A DNA stretch of 64,000 bases, taken from positions 2,767-66,766 of the forward strand of contig JBJOOU010000308.1 in NCBI GenBank assembly GCA_046051105.1. Reading direction: 5' to 3'. Shown piece after piece: positions 18,108-31,000 of this stretch (the stretch's first letter is position 1; each line of letters begins with the position of its first letter). The stretch is from Bacteroidota bacterium (lineage in GTDB: Bacteria > Bacteroidota > Bacteroidia > Bacteroidales > Paludibacteraceae). A program made the position numbers and the translations under genes. The notes under the pieces are model-generated. The model worked only from the letters and a program-made list of their open reading frames with translations, ran no database searches and was not told the DNA's origin.

Positions 18108-18962
18108 ATGAACTCAAAGATTCCTGCATACATGTATGAAAAAAGCAACACAGTTCGGCTCGTGTTGTTGACAGCTCTCTTTGCCTTGTTGTTCATAAAT
18201 ATTTTCAAACCGTTTGGATCCAGAGAATGGTATAAAATATCTGATTTCAAGTTTTTTATCTTCGCAAGTTTGATTGTACTTGTGGGTATGTTGGTAGTCG
18301 TTCTCAGTCGGATGATTCTGTTGGCCTACGTGAAAAGGAATCAACTTACTTATATGAAGTATGGCGCCTGGGTGTTGGCCGAAATCCTTTCCATGTCCAT
18401 GTTTTACGCGTTATTCACGAAGTTTATTCCTGAAGAAAATGCAAATCGGGACTTCCTTCAGATTTTTTATGATTCAACGTTGCATGCTTCTCTTATTTTG
18501 CTACTTCCTTACGCTATTTTGTGGTTGTATTTTTCGTGGATGGATAAAAATCATCAACTGGAGAAAATGCAAAAGAGTGATAAGCCTGTAGAAGTGCCAA
18601 AGAAAAATCTGATTGCATTTTTGGACGAGAAGGGCGAGTTTAAGATATCTGTGGTGCTTGAGAATCTGTTGTATATAGATTCTGCTGATAATTATGCTAC
18701 TATTCACTACCTCAATAAATCAAAATTGTCGCATTTTCTGATTCGAAATTCGCTGAAATGGATGGAAGAGAATCTGACGAAAGAAACACCATTGGTACGT
18801 TGCCACCGGTCTTACATTGTCAATCTAGATAAGGTAAAAGTGTTGCGTCGCACAAAGGATGGGATATTTCTGGAAATGGACGCTATGAATACCCCTGATA
18901 TTCCCGTATCAAAAACATACTATGAGCGGGTGATGGCAAAATTCTCTAAATACTCCGTTTAA
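18108..18962 (+). CDS. Membrane-anchored LytTR-family DNA-binding regulator
   Basis: Four N-terminal TM helices and a LytTR domain (YIDSADNY, LVRCHRSYIVN, IPVSKTY). Promoter TTTG 18054 plus TATTTTTG 18078. Confidence 0.9.
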   Translation: MNSKIPAYMYEKSNTVRLVLLTALFALLFINIFKPFGSREWYKISDFKFFIFASLIVLVGMLVVVLSRMILLAYVKRNQLTYMKYGAWVLAEILSMSMFYALFTKFIPEENANRDFLQIFYDSTLHASLILLLPYAILWLYFSWMDKNHQLEKMQKSDKPVEVPKKNLIAFLDEKGEFKISVVLENLLYIDSADNYATIHYLNKSKLSHFLIRNSLKWMEENLTKETPLVRCHRSYIVNLDKVKVLRRTKDGIFLEMDAMNTPDIPVSKTYYERVMAKFSKYSV

Positions 18963-19052
18963 ACTTTATTAATCGTCATTCTTTCTTTTAGCAGGAAGTT
19001 ATTTTGTATTTTTGTGAAAGCTTCAATCTTACAAAATAATAGTCGTGTGCTT

Positions 19053-19862
19053 ATGGATTTGACGAATATTTTTACTCAGAAACCCTTTAAAATCGGTATT
19101 GCTCTCAGTGGCGGTGGCATAAAAGGACTTTGTCATGCAGGTGTGTTGAAGGCTCTGGAAGAGCGAGGTATTAAGCCCGATTTGATATCAGGTGTTAGTT
19201 CCGGAGCAGTAGTTGGAGCGTTGTATGCCGATGGTTATTCTCCCGATGAGATAGCGCAGTTGTTTGAAGATATCAGCTTCCGGCAAATGACCAAGATTAA
19301 GCTTACCGAAGGTGGTTTTTTCCGCATAGACGCTTTTCAGAAATTTCTTACCAAAAAGCTTCACGCTAAAACTTTTGAAGATTTAAAAATTCCACTGAGG
19401 ATTGTAGCAACCAATCTGGATCAGGGCAGGAGTGTGGTATTCTCAAAAGGCAAATTAATTGAACCTATCATCGGTTCGTGTAGTGTGCCTGTGCTTTTTA
19501 CTCCCAAAATGATAGACGGAGTGCGTTACGTGGATGGAGGTGTGTTTAAAAATTTTCCGGTGTCCACGATACGCGAGGATTGCGAAAAAGTAATCGGGAT
19601 CAATGCAAGTCCATTGGTGGCCGATGAATATAAACCAACTATTCTGAATGTGGCTTCCCGTTCGTATCATTTTATGTTTAAAGCAAATATTATTGCCGAT
19701 AAGGAACTTTGTGATTTGTTGATTGAGCCCGTAGATATGGGCAATTATGAAACATTTGATGTAGACAAAGGGCGTGAGATCTTCGAATTGGGATACAACA
19801 CCGCTAAGCAGTTTTTGGACAATAAGTTGGTGACAAAGAGTGAAGTAGTAGCAGGAAGATAA
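19053..19862 (+). CDS. Patatin-like phospholipase
   Basis: LSGGGIKG, GVSSG (GxSxG) and DGG motifs; -7 box at 19007. Confidence 0.92.
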   Translation: MDLTNIFTQKPFKIGIALSGGGIKGLCHAGVLKALEERGIKPDLISGVSSGAVVGALYADGYSPDEIAQLFEDISFRQMTKIKLTEGGFFRIDAFQKFLTKKLHAKTFEDLKIPLRIVATNLDQGRSVVFSKGKLIEPIIGSCSVPVLFTPKMIDGVRYVDGGVFKNFPVSTIREDCEKVIGINASPLVADEYKPTILNVASRSYHFMFKANIIADKELCDLLIEPVDMGNYETFDVDKGREIFELGYNTAKQFLDNKLVTKSEVVAGR

Positions 19863-19908
19863 ACTTTATTAGATCCAGAATGTTATTGAATAACAAAAAG
19901 TTGGTATA

Positions 19909-20847
19909 ATGAAAGAACTAAAGTTTTCAAATGGAGATATAATGCCGGCTCTCGGGTTGGGCACATGGTTGTCGAAAAGTAATGAAGTCTACGATGCGGT
20001 TTTAGAAGCTATTCGGCTGGGTTATCGTCATATCGACTGTGCTTATATTTATAAAAATGAAGAGGAGATAGGCAAAGCGCTGAAATTTGCTATATCAACC
20101 GGCATGGTTACCCGTGAAGAGCTTTTTATCACCTCTAAATTGTGGAATAGTGATCATTCACCAGAACGTGTAGAATCTGCCATTCATACATCATTGCATG
20201 ACTTGCAATTGGATTATCTTGATTTGTATCTAATGCATTGGCCAATTGCTTTCAAACCGGGTGTAGAGCAGGCAAAAACGGCTGACGATTTATTGTCGCT
20301 GGAAGAACTTCCTGTGGAAACGACCTGGGAGGCGATGGAGAAAGTTTGTAAGGCGGGTCTTACAAAGCATATTGGTGTATCTAACTTCAATATTCCCAAG
20401 CTCACCCGACTGTTGGCTGCTTCAGAATTGAAACCTGAAGTCAACCAAGTGGAATTACATCCCTATTTTCATCAAAATGACCTGGTGAGTTTTTGCAGGG
20501 ATAACAATATTGTTGTGACAGCTTATTCACCACTGGGTAGTCGTCATTTGATGAATGACAGTATTAGTATAGCCAAAGCAGATATCGTGTTGAATATTGC
20601 TGAGAAGCATCATTGTTTACCTACTCAAGTACTGTTGGCATGGGGTATGAAGCGCGGAACGGCCGTTATACCTAAGTCGACTAATTCGACTCGGTTGAGA
20701 GATAATTATGAATCGGTTTTTGTTACGCTGGATGATGAGGATATGATGGCGTTACAATCTTTAGATCGTAATCATCGTCAGGCAAAAGGGCTTTATGCAG
20801 TATTGCCCGGGGGAAGTTATTCTTTAGAAAGTATTTGGGAAAAGTAG
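19909..20847 (+). CDS. Aldo/keto reductase (AKR1/5-like)
   Basis: LGLGTW, YRHIDCA, TSKLWN, LYLMHWP, IGVSNF and IPKS motifs. Confidence 0.93.
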   Translation: MKELKFSNGDIMPALGLGTWLSKSNEVYDAVLEAIRLGYRHIDCAYIYKNEEEIGKALKFAISTGMVTREELFITSKLWNSDHSPERVESAIHTSLHDLQLDYLDLYLMHWPIAFKPGVEQAKTADDLLSLEELPVETTWEAMEKVCKAGLTKHIGVSNFNIPKLTRLLAASELKPEVNQVELHPYFHQNDLVSFCRDNNIVVTAYSPLGSRHLMNDSISIAKADIVLNIAEKHHCLPTQVLLAWGMKRGTAVIPKSTNSTRLRDNYESVFVTLDDEDMMALQSLDRNHRQAKGLYAVLPGGSYSLESIWEK

Positions 20848-21509
20848 TTTTTGCTGAAATTCAGCAATCCTGCTTTTCTGGCTTTGTAAAAACTGTATAT
20901 AACTACCATGACAGCCAGTATTTTCCATCCGTCTCCAACGGGTACTCCGTTTTCGTCAGCTTTTTGGCGTGTAGTGGTAGCGTATGTGTCTTGTTGGACC
21001 TGAGTCGAATCAGATGAGCTAACTCCCGTAGAAGAATTAAAAGCCAGAAGTCCTCTCATTTCTCCTCCTATTCCAATTGATCCCGAATTTCTGCTTCCTG
21101 AACTTTTCATCTTAGATACTCCTGTAGCAACATCGTTTATGCTTCCGCTCCCTGAATTGCCTGCCTGAGTTGCAGAGTTATCGTTGCTGCTTAATGATCT
21201 TGTAGCGGTGGTATTTACACTGCGCACACTTTTGACTCCTGTACTTACAAGAGCGTTCACTGCGTAATTCAGATTTTTTTTCAACACATCTCTGGTAAGT
21301 GGTATTGAGAAATCAGATCCGTTGTTTTCAGATGAAGATGACGGAACATTGTAGATGACGACTTTATTGAAATTAACTCCCTGGTTGTCTGCAAAGTAAG
21401 ATCTGTTGTTATACAAATCAGGACTTCCCAATGGCGAATATAGTAATCCCAGTAGAACTGCAGCCCAGGATAATACCCAAATTAGTAATGTATTTTCGCC
21501 TTTTTTCAT
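20817..21509 (-). CDS. Hypothetical membrane protein: N-terminal TM, Ser/Gly/Asn-rich body, C-terminal VPVGDG-TM-basic sorting-like tail
   Basis: Sequence architecture; -7 box (plus-strand CAAAGATA) at 21538. Confidence 0.8.
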   Translation of the reverse strand: MKKGENTLLIWVLSWAAVLLGLLYSPLGSPDLYNNRSYFADNQGVNFNKVVIYNVPSSSSENNGSDFSIPLTRDVLKKNLNYAVNALVSTGVKSVRSVNTTATRSLSSNDNSATQAGNSGSGSINDVATGVSKMKSSGSRNSGSIGIGGEMRGLLAFNSSTGVSSSDSTQVQQDTYATTTRQKADENGVPVGDGWKILAVMVVIYSFYKARKAGLLNFSKNYFSQILSKE

Positions 21510-21602
21510 TTACCTGACATTGTCTGTTTTGCCAATTCAAAGATAATAAAATGGTATAAATAATTGAAACAGAAACGTTTGTAGCTTATTTTGCGATGGT
21601 TG

Positions 21603-21620
21603 TTGTAGAAAATGCTACAA
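21603..21620. promoter_or_regulatory. TGTA-N8-TACA palindrome, copy 1
   Basis: TTGTAGAAAATGCTACAA, 66 bp from the -7 box of the 20817-21509 gene. Confidence 0.55.
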
Positions 21621-21941
21621 TTCTACTCTGTCGGACATCACACTAATTTATGTTCAACTTATGGAGTCTTATAGGAGGGGAACTTTCTTCGTGAATAGGG
21701 CCGAAAAATGCTGGATTATAGCGCTGAATGTTTAGGCTGTGTAAATAGGTTTGCATTTCTTTTCAATATTCTTTATGACAGCTATTCGTGATTTTGTCAG
21801 TTGTTTGATTGGCTTGATTTGTAGGATGACGTGGATTTAACTCAAATCCGACATGAATGTATTTGAAAATAAACGAATGATAATGTTTCTATAACATACA
21901 TTAACTGTTTGCTGCGGATTGAGGCCTGAGATAATGCGCAG

Positions 21942-21963
21942 TTTTGTAATTCTTACTACAAAA
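21942..21963. promoter_or_regulatory. TGTA-N8-TACA palindrome, copy 2
   Basis: TTTTGTAATTCTTACTACAAAA, abutting the terminator of the giant gene. Confidence 0.45.
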
Positions 21964-21997
21964 AAGAGGGCTTGTACTACATGCGCAAGCCCTCTTT
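21961..21997 (-). terminator. Intrinsic terminator of the giant T9SS gene
   Basis: AAAGAGGGCTTG...CAAGCCCTCTTT with plus-strand A-run. Confidence 0.85.
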
Positions 21998-22007
21998 GAT
22001 GAGTGTT

Positions 22008-25000
22008 TTATTCGAAAACTACAATTTTTCTGGTTATCTCTTTTCCTCCCGAATTAAAATGGAGAATGTAATCTCCCGAGGCAATATTTGACTCAAGAAC
22101 CGATACACCGGGCTGAATGTTTTGATAGTTTCTTATGAGTTTACCAGATAAATCATATATTTTTAGAATTGCATTTCCGGTTTCCATGTTTTGTATGTGC
22201 AATTTACTACCTTCATTAAAAATATTGGACCCTGCTGCTGGTTGATCCTCGTTTTTTGTCGCTATATCCAATGCTGTGACTATTTTAAAACGGGTTAATG
22301 GTGTACTGGCATTGGCTTTAAATGTAAAACTGGCGCCATTTTTTTGTATAGGTACCGTTGTTTTATTATATATATCCAGGAGATATAATTGCGGGTATAT
22401 ATTGTTTATTGCATTGTAATTAATAGTGAGCGTGTAAATGGAGTCTTCACCACACCTGAATCCTAAATAGGTGTTGTTTAATTCGTTTTTACAATCAATT
22501 TGTAAATTGATATTGTTTTCGATTGTCCATACCTGAGGAGCATTGCCGGCCGAAATGATTTTATATCCATCCCAACCATTGTCGAAACTGTTTTTACACT
22601 TGTCGTTGATAGATATCCATGTATTGTCTGAATATCGTTTGCCGGAGACTTTTATTTGTAAATATGGATTTATGGCAGAACTAATCCTTTGCATGCCAGT
22701 GTTGTTCGTGCTGGACAATACGTATGGTATCTGTATGTTAGCATTCTGGTTGTCGCTATTTACTTTTAATAAAAATGCCTGCATTGAAGGTATTTGGCCC
22801 GGCAATTCAGGTAACTGTCCAGCCATGTTTTTGGGGATGCTAATGTATTGTCCTGGTGCAAATCCATTTACAGTTCCGGATACTCCGTTGTTGACCCAGT
22901 CGCTGTATGATCCTGTGTTAAATATGTATATTGTGTTCTCAATAATGTTTTCATTATCACTACCAAAATTGATTTTTGTGATGTCAATTGCAGAAGTATA
23001 TGAATTTCCAATAAGGTGTTGCCCTTTATTGGTGGCACCAGTTGTATATGACAATTTGCCACTATTGAAATCTCCATTTACCAGAGTGCCCTGAAATGTA
23101 ATTGTTTTTGCAATGGGCTGGGTAATCTCATATCCATTGAATGAGCTCAGTATAGAACTATTCGTTTGGCTTATCCAATAATTAGTTGGTGAACTTCCGA
23201 CACCAATTCCGGCCTCATTATATTTTCTTACATAGCACCCATAAAATGTTGGGTCAGCGACTATTGATTTAATAGGAATGCCAAAATATTGCCATTTATA
23301 GCCACTATATACTCCGTTTGAATAGTTTGTAGCAGATGCTTTTGAATACATCTGCACAGTTCCGCTTACCGGATTATTGGTGTTGTTGAAAAAGATTAAA
23401 CTACCATTTGGGCTATTTGGATTAGATAAAATTGTTATTCCGGAAATTCCTGCATTGTTTGTTACAGTTTGTGCGGAAACTACTGTTCCTGTTGGTATTG
23501 TGAGGTATTTTGAGGTGTTGATAAACAAATAGCCATCTATACTCATATTTGCACCTGCTGCCAGCGTAACTCCTGCTGTATTTTCGATGCCGATATTGCC
23601 AAAAGTGCCAGAAACGCCTGTTTGAGTTGATGTGCCATTATACACTACGTTGCCCGGCCATGTTTTGCCTGATGGTAAAGGTGTGGATGATGTACACTGC
23701 GTTTTCAGCGTGCCAGTGCCGGATATCGAACTGCCTCCCGATAGGGCGTAGGTGCCCATGTCCAGCGTGGTGGCGTTGTCCAGTATCAGGCTGGTACAGT
23801 TGAGTGCTCCTTTGGCTGTAAGCAACAACGGATTGCTGTTTTGGAGCGAAGCATAGGTTCCTGCCGGAATACTTTGAGCACTGCCGGTATTATTCATGAT
23901 TAGCCCAAATGTCCAGGTAAGCCCTGAAGGTATGGGTGTGGTTGATGTACATTGTGTTTTGAGAGTTCCTGTGCCGCTGGTTGATGAGAATGTACCTCCC
24001 AATGCGAATGTATTCATCTCCAGGGCAGTCTGTGCATTGATTGTTAGTTGGTTGTTTACGTTGAAGCTAGCTGTTGCATTTGCAATTTGATCTGTGTTGT
24101 CGATGGTCAGATTGTAGAATGTGCTGGTTGAAGTACCTCCGATATTTTGTTTGTGCCCCTGGTCTTTGATAATAACTGTTCCTGTACCGGCATTCATCGT
24201 GCCGTTGTTGGTAAAGTCTCCGGCAATATTAAGTGTTGAAGGTAATGTTTTAGTTCCGCTACCAGATATCTTCAAGTCATGATATCCTTTACCATTAGAG
24301 GGTCCAGTCAGGTTTATGATTGATTGATCTGTTCCGTTGAATTCTACCGTATTATTATTGGTGATGAAATCCAGGATAGAACCTTGGTCATAACTTATCG
24401 AGCCTGATATGCCCATATAGCTGTTTGCAGATGCAAGAATATAGGTGTTTCCTTTTACCTGAATATTATTGAAGTTGGTACTACCGGCAATAGTCATGAT
24501 GTTGGTAATAGTGTCGTTGTTGAATACAACTTTTCCAGTTCCTGCTGTAAAGGTTCCGTTGTTAATCCATGCTCCGGTCGATCCTTTTATGGTAATAGTG
24601 CAGGTGTCTACAGCCATAGAGGCGCCCTGTTCAATTTCCAATGATTTAATGGTGACCGGATAGGTGGCTGGATCCAGATTTTTTGATGGGTAGTTGCTTA
24701 GTCCGGCTGGTATCAGCACAGGATCTGAAGCGGTTGGAATTCCACCATCCCAGTTGCCTGGTAAAGCCCAATCATTTGGATCAAAGCCAATGCCCGTCCA
24801 AATTTTTTTAGATACGTTTGAGTAGCTTAATCCCCATTGTTTGTTGTCCAGAGTACTGGATGACGCAATATAGCCGATTGACATGCCGGCGAGTCCCACC
24901 CAGTTGGCAGTAGGGTCATTGGCCGATTTTCCATGAACTTCTACCGGAGTCCATGTTGGCCCGTTGTGTGCATCCCATAACTCCAACTTATTCTCGTTGG

Positions 25001-28000
25001 GCTCGTAGGGTTCTGTTGTTTCGGTATTTAATTCTGAGTCGAGATAATGTAATTTTAATACAGTTCTGTCTGAACCAGCATCTTTGGCAAAGCTGTAATA
25101 GCGTTTGACAGCTACTCCCCGCCATGCAGGTGCTGTTCCCAGCGATATTTTACAACTAACCCAGCCCGGCTTAGTTGTGCTGGGAAAGTTTACAAATGTA
25201 ATGGATGTATAAGGATTACCAAAAGTGTACACAGTGTTCCCTTCGAAGGTATGAGCCCTTTTTACGATGCCGGTAACATCGCCTATACCTGTGGTGGTGG
25301 AGGCCAATGTGTTTACAGCTCCCATGTTTAGTGTATAGATATCTGTATCAAAAAGTCCTTTGGTTGCCCCGGGGTTGTTTACTGCCAGATTCAGAATACC
25401 ATTTACCGTTAGATCTCCTCCGGCAGTTGCCTCGGCAATGTTTTCAATAGTCAGGTCGGTATATGTGCCGGCAACAACTGTTTGTGCTACAGTACCGTTG
25501 TAGTCTACCAATCCGGTCCATGTTTTCGAAGCCGGAATGGGTGTACTGCCTGTATTTTGTGTTTTAATTGTGCCTGTACCGCTTATAGAACTCAAGGTGC
25601 CACTTAGTGTGTTTGTTTTCAGGTCAAGAATTGATCCGGATGTTATTTCTAATGAACCGTTGATTGATATATTATTCTCCACACTAATTGTATGGCCGGG
25701 GTTATCGCAAATTACATTGTTGAATGTTGTACTGGTAGTTCCAGAAATCACATGATCGTAAATTGCGTTACCATTAAATAATACTGTGCCACTACCTGCA
25801 TTTACAGTGCCCGCATCTGTTGTATTGTTGATAAATTTATCTACAATGTTTAATGTAGCAGGAAGATTCTTGGTGCCTGATCCACTTAATACAAGATTGT
25901 GATAGCCTGCTGTACTTCCGTTCGGGTTTGGAATGTTTTGTGAACTGCTGCTCGTAAACTCAAAGGTGTTTTCGGTGGTTGCTGCAGCTAATGTTCCATT
26001 GATGGTTAATGTTCCATTGATGCGGGTATAACTGTTGCTGGCAGGTCTGAGCAGGGTGCCGTTTGCGATGGATACATCGTAAAAACCGGTTGTGCCGGTG
26101 ATGGATGTGTTGCCTGCTGTAAGTGCGTCGGCGTTAAAAATTACCTGACTTGTGTTGGCGTTAAATACGGCTCCTGTTTCAGCATTCCAGGCTGCATTTG
26201 CACCGGTGATGGTTAATGTGCCACCACTGGCAGCAGCGTTGAGTAAGGCTCCTGCATTGAGTTGTATCGATTTGCAGGTTGCGCTGGGCGGCAAAGTAGG
26301 CGCGTAAGGAGTTGTATACGTGTTGGGTATGATAGCTCCATGAGTTGCATCGGGTACGCTGTTGGGTGTCCAGTTGGATGGGTTGTTCCAGTCGGTGCTG
26401 ATTGTTCCAATCCAGGTATAGTTGCTGGTTGTGGATGGTGCCAATGTGCATTTGAAATTTCCCCATACGGATGGAATGATTGCAAAATCAACATCCTGAA
26501 TAGCAATATAATTTAAGTCGGTGTTGTAATTAGAACGGCCGGATTCTTTGTTGTAGAAATTATTGTAGGCCGAAACCCAGCTTGAAGTCCATATGGTTAA
26601 ATTATTCTCGCTGATTCCTCCCTGAATTTCATTGTCGCGGTAATGAACGCGCATGAGTGCACGGGTTCCGCTACCACCTGTTTGTATGATCTCCCAATTG
26701 CGTTTAATCGGATTGGTGAGTGTTGCTCCCAGATAGGACGACCAGTTGGGTGCGGTGCCAATGTTGGCTTTCAAACTTACGGAAGATGGCAGAGTTTGCC
26801 CGGGATATCCACTTACGGCAGCAAAAATAAGTCCGTTGTTTTCATTGCTAAAGGCATAAAATGTACCGGTACTGAATGTGTGCGATCTTCGTACAATGCC
26901 CGATACGTCGCCGGGGCCGGTTATTGTAGCGTCTGCACCGAGGTCAAGAATCTTATCGGTGCTCATTGCCAATGCACCTTTGTCGTTGGTGGTTGGATTG
27001 TCGGTGATGAATGTAAGTGTTCCGCTTAGTGCCAGATTGGTAGATGCTGTAACTCCCGATGAGTTATTGATTGTCATGCTTCCGAGTGCAAGTACCGATG
27101 TGCCACTAATGGTTTGTTCCGATGTTCCCTCGCAGATGAGTGTGGTGTTGTTTGTTGTTCCATCAACAGTAGTGTTGATAGTCAGATTCCCGCTGATGTT
27201 TAACTGGTTTTGTAAGGTGGATGCTCCACTGCCGCTTAGGGTTAAATGGTAATAACCCCGCAAATTTCCCAGCGCTGTGGGGTTCGGGATTAGCTGATTT
27301 TCACCTTTGAATTCTACGGTGTTTGTCGATGATGAAAATTCCAGAACGGATGATCCGTCGTAGGTCAGATTTCCGCCGATGCCGATATACATTCCGTTGT
27401 TGGGTCGCATGAAAGTGTTTGCTCCAAAATTCAGATTGTAGAAATTGGTTGTACCACCCAATGTAATAATGTCACTTTGATTGTTGTGATTAAAAGTGAC
27501 TGTTCCTGTTCCCGGAACGAATGTGCCATTGTTGATCCATGCCCCTGTCGAACCTGAAATCGTAATGGGATAATTGTCGACTGTAAGGGTGGCTCCATTT
27601 TCTATTTCGATAGAGTTACATACAGCGGGAGTGGTTGATTGATTTAAATTCCGGATTGGATATCCGTGTGTGTCGCCGGGTAGTGTTGCCGGAATTAATA
27701 CGTCGTCGTTGGCCGTTGGCACGCCCCCATTCCAGTTGCCTGGATTACTCCAATCTCCATAGTCGGATGCACCATTGCCGGTCCAGATAATCTTACTTAC
27801 GTTAGTATATGCCAGTCCCCATTGTTTATAATCAAGTGTACTGCTTGGTGCAAAGAAATTTATAGCCATACCTGCAAGACCAATCCAGTTGTTCGTGGCG
27901 TCAGCATTCGATTTGCTGCGTGGGAATTTATTACTGTAGTCGGGTTCTGTATATGCATCCCAAAAAACGAGTTTGCTTTCGTCGGTTTCAGCATCGTGGA

Positions 28001-31000
28001 GTTCGGAGTCCAGGTAATGCAGATGAACCACCGTTCTGTCGTTTCCTGATCCGTCCTGCGCAAAACTGTAGGTGCGTTTTATGGCCTGGCTTCTCCATGA
28101 AGGTGCTGTTCCTAGTGTTATTTTGCAACTTATCCAACCAGGTTTTGTTGCTCCGGGTACATTGGTAAATGAAATGGTTGTGTTGGCATTTCCAAACGTA
28201 TAGTTTGTATAACCCACAAATGTCTGTTGACGTTTTACAATGCCGGTTACATCGCCGGTTCCCGTGGTGAGTGCATCGGTGCCCATGTTAAGTGTATATG
28301 AACCCATATGTAGTGCTCCTGTACTTGCATTTGCATTGGCACTTTGCAAATTCAGCGTACCGTTTACTGTCAGGTCATTGGCCGCAACAACTCCTCCTGT
28401 GTTGTTGATGGTTAAGTTGTAGAAGTTAACGCTTCCGGTAATCGATTGCGCTGAGCTTCCTGTAAAACTGATTGTGCCTGAATTGGTGATAATTGTACCA
28501 TTGTTTGTCAGATTGCCTTTAATGGCTAATGAGTTGCTTCCCGAAAGGGTGAGCGAAGCTCCATTGGCTATGCTGATGCTCTTGCATGTGGCACTGTTGC
28601 CTATAACCGGCTGATTGGCAGGACCCGCTGGAATTGTGACATCTACCGTGGCTACCGGTACCTGATTATAACACCAATTGCTTGCTGTGTTCCAATCGGT
28701 GCTTGTTCCTCCCAACCAGATATAATTGGTGGAAGTACAGTCGTCTTCCCCTATGGCGAAGTCGCTGAATGAAGTCATGTTTGTGCATTGAGTACTGTTG
28801 GCTGTTCGGGTACCTGTAGAGGTTACAGCCCATATATTGTTGTCCTTTTTACGAATGACTAATGCCGAGGTGTTGGGAGTGCCTGTTTTGTCGGCATCGG
28901 CAAAGGCAAAAGTAATATCAAAGGATGTGAAGCCGCTGATGTTGGTGTTGGATACGGTCCAGAGGCGTTTAATGTATTTTGTTTGACTTAAACCGGTGGC
29001 CAGTGGTGGCTGAGTGGTAGTGGTGTATGCGTCCAGATAGCCCGAACCCACGATGGTGCCATTAAACGCCACGGTAAGTGGTGTGTAATAGCTGGCATCT
29101 CCAATCGGGAAATTGATGGTTGGAGAACTGGTTGTAGGTATTTGTATCCGGATGTTGCCGTTGATACGTGCATTGTTGGTGCTGGTGGATGTGCCTCCCT
29201 GACCTATCACAACCTTGTTTGTACTTGTGGTAATTACGCCATTGGATAACGTAAGCGTATTGGCAATATTCATGTCTGCGCTAAGTGTTTGGGTCACGCT
29301 TTGAGCGGCATTGTCCCAAATAAGATTTTGGAACGACTGCTCAAGTCCCGAAGTGATTGCTGTGGAACTTATTCCGGTTATTTTGCAGGTTGACGGAGTT
29401 CCACTCAAGGTATTCCAGCTACCTGTTGGTATTGCGCCTCCATCCCGGTTGTGCCAATACGTTCCGCCATATACATACACAGGAGTGTAGGCCGCATTGC
29501 TGTTGGTAATGGTACCCCCGGAATTTTTTAATGTGCCATACACGCTGATGTTGTAATCGCCCAAATCGTTTGTAGAATGGTTTAGCGTTAGCGTTGTGGC
29601 ATTGGCAATATCCAGTGTGCCAAATACGATCAACGAATAGAATGATGCATTTGTGTCGGCTGTAGTAGTAATTCCGGCAGGGATTTGAATCACATCGCTT
29701 TCAGCAAAAATACTATTGGTAGGCAATGTGGTGTTAGTCCAGCTGCTGCCTCCGTCGCTGCTTATTTCCCATTGCACGCTGTTCCAGTTGCCGGTGGTCT
29801 TTGGGCGGTAAATACTACCGTCCTTAATGGCAAATTGCGGTGTAGTGCCATTTGTCAGGCTTTCACCCGAAGTTCTTGTGGCTGTTACAGTTGCATTTGT
29901 GTCGTACACTTCGCTGGTTGCATTCCAGGTAGAAACTAAGAACTGGATGTTGTTGATCACGGTTTCGTGTGTTCCCGCAGCAATGGCAAATCCGGTGAGC
30001 CCGCCTGTTCGTGTAAACGATTTGTTGGAGGTCAGATCGAAGTAGGTCGACTGCAATACCCTGGTGGGTATGTTTTGGCTGTTTTGCGACTGGACGGTAG
30101 CAATTGAGCTGCTGATACCTCGATATGGAGTGGGTGGCAATACCGTGATAGCTAATTTTGACGCACTGAAGGCATCTTCGCTACCTAAAGCTACAAAGGC
30201 ATTTGCACTGGATGCGTCCGGCGCGGTGCCCGATGCTGTGATTGTATAAGGACCACTTCCCGTGGCTGTAGCAGTTGGGCTATAGCCCCAGGCTGTTCCT
30301 GTAAAGAATCCTATGCGCGGGCTGGAGGCGGCATTGAATGCTGCGCCTGTTTCTCCTGCGTTGTATTGAGCGGTAACGTTAAGCGATGTAATGCCTGTTG
30401 TAGCGGCCATCAGATACCATTTGCGGTTGACGGTTTTGGTATTTACATTGGCATTGGTAAGTGCTCCGTCTTCTACTCTCACGCTGAAATAATCCGAATT
30501 TCCATTACCTGTAGCGGAACTGGAAAAGCTAATCGGGTTGTAGGCTGAGTTACCCACTGGAAATGTATAAACAGTTCCGCCGGTTGTTACCTGTCTTTTT
30601 AGGCGACCTGTACTGCTGGTTTTGATGTAGCTTGTAGTGCTGCCTCCCGAAATTCCGGCCACGGTAAATGTGTAGGTGCTTACATCGATCAATCCTTGTG
30701 TTAATGTAAGTGTGTTTGTTACAGAAGTGTTGATGCCGAGCGTGCTGCTACCTGTTTCGTCCAGGGTGAGGTTGTAAAACTGACTGGATGAACTTCCGCC
30801 AATGGTTTTTGCCGTTGTTGCCGAAAGGGTTACAGTGCTCGTTCCGGCGTTGAAAGTTCCGTTGTTTGTCCAGGCGCCGGCTATTGAGTGAGTAAAGCTG
30901 CCTGCACTGAAGTTAGAACTTATTGTGGCATCTCCGGCTATTGTCAGTGCACCGGTTGCTGTTTTGGTTCCGGCGCCACTGAACGTAATGTGGTTGAAAT

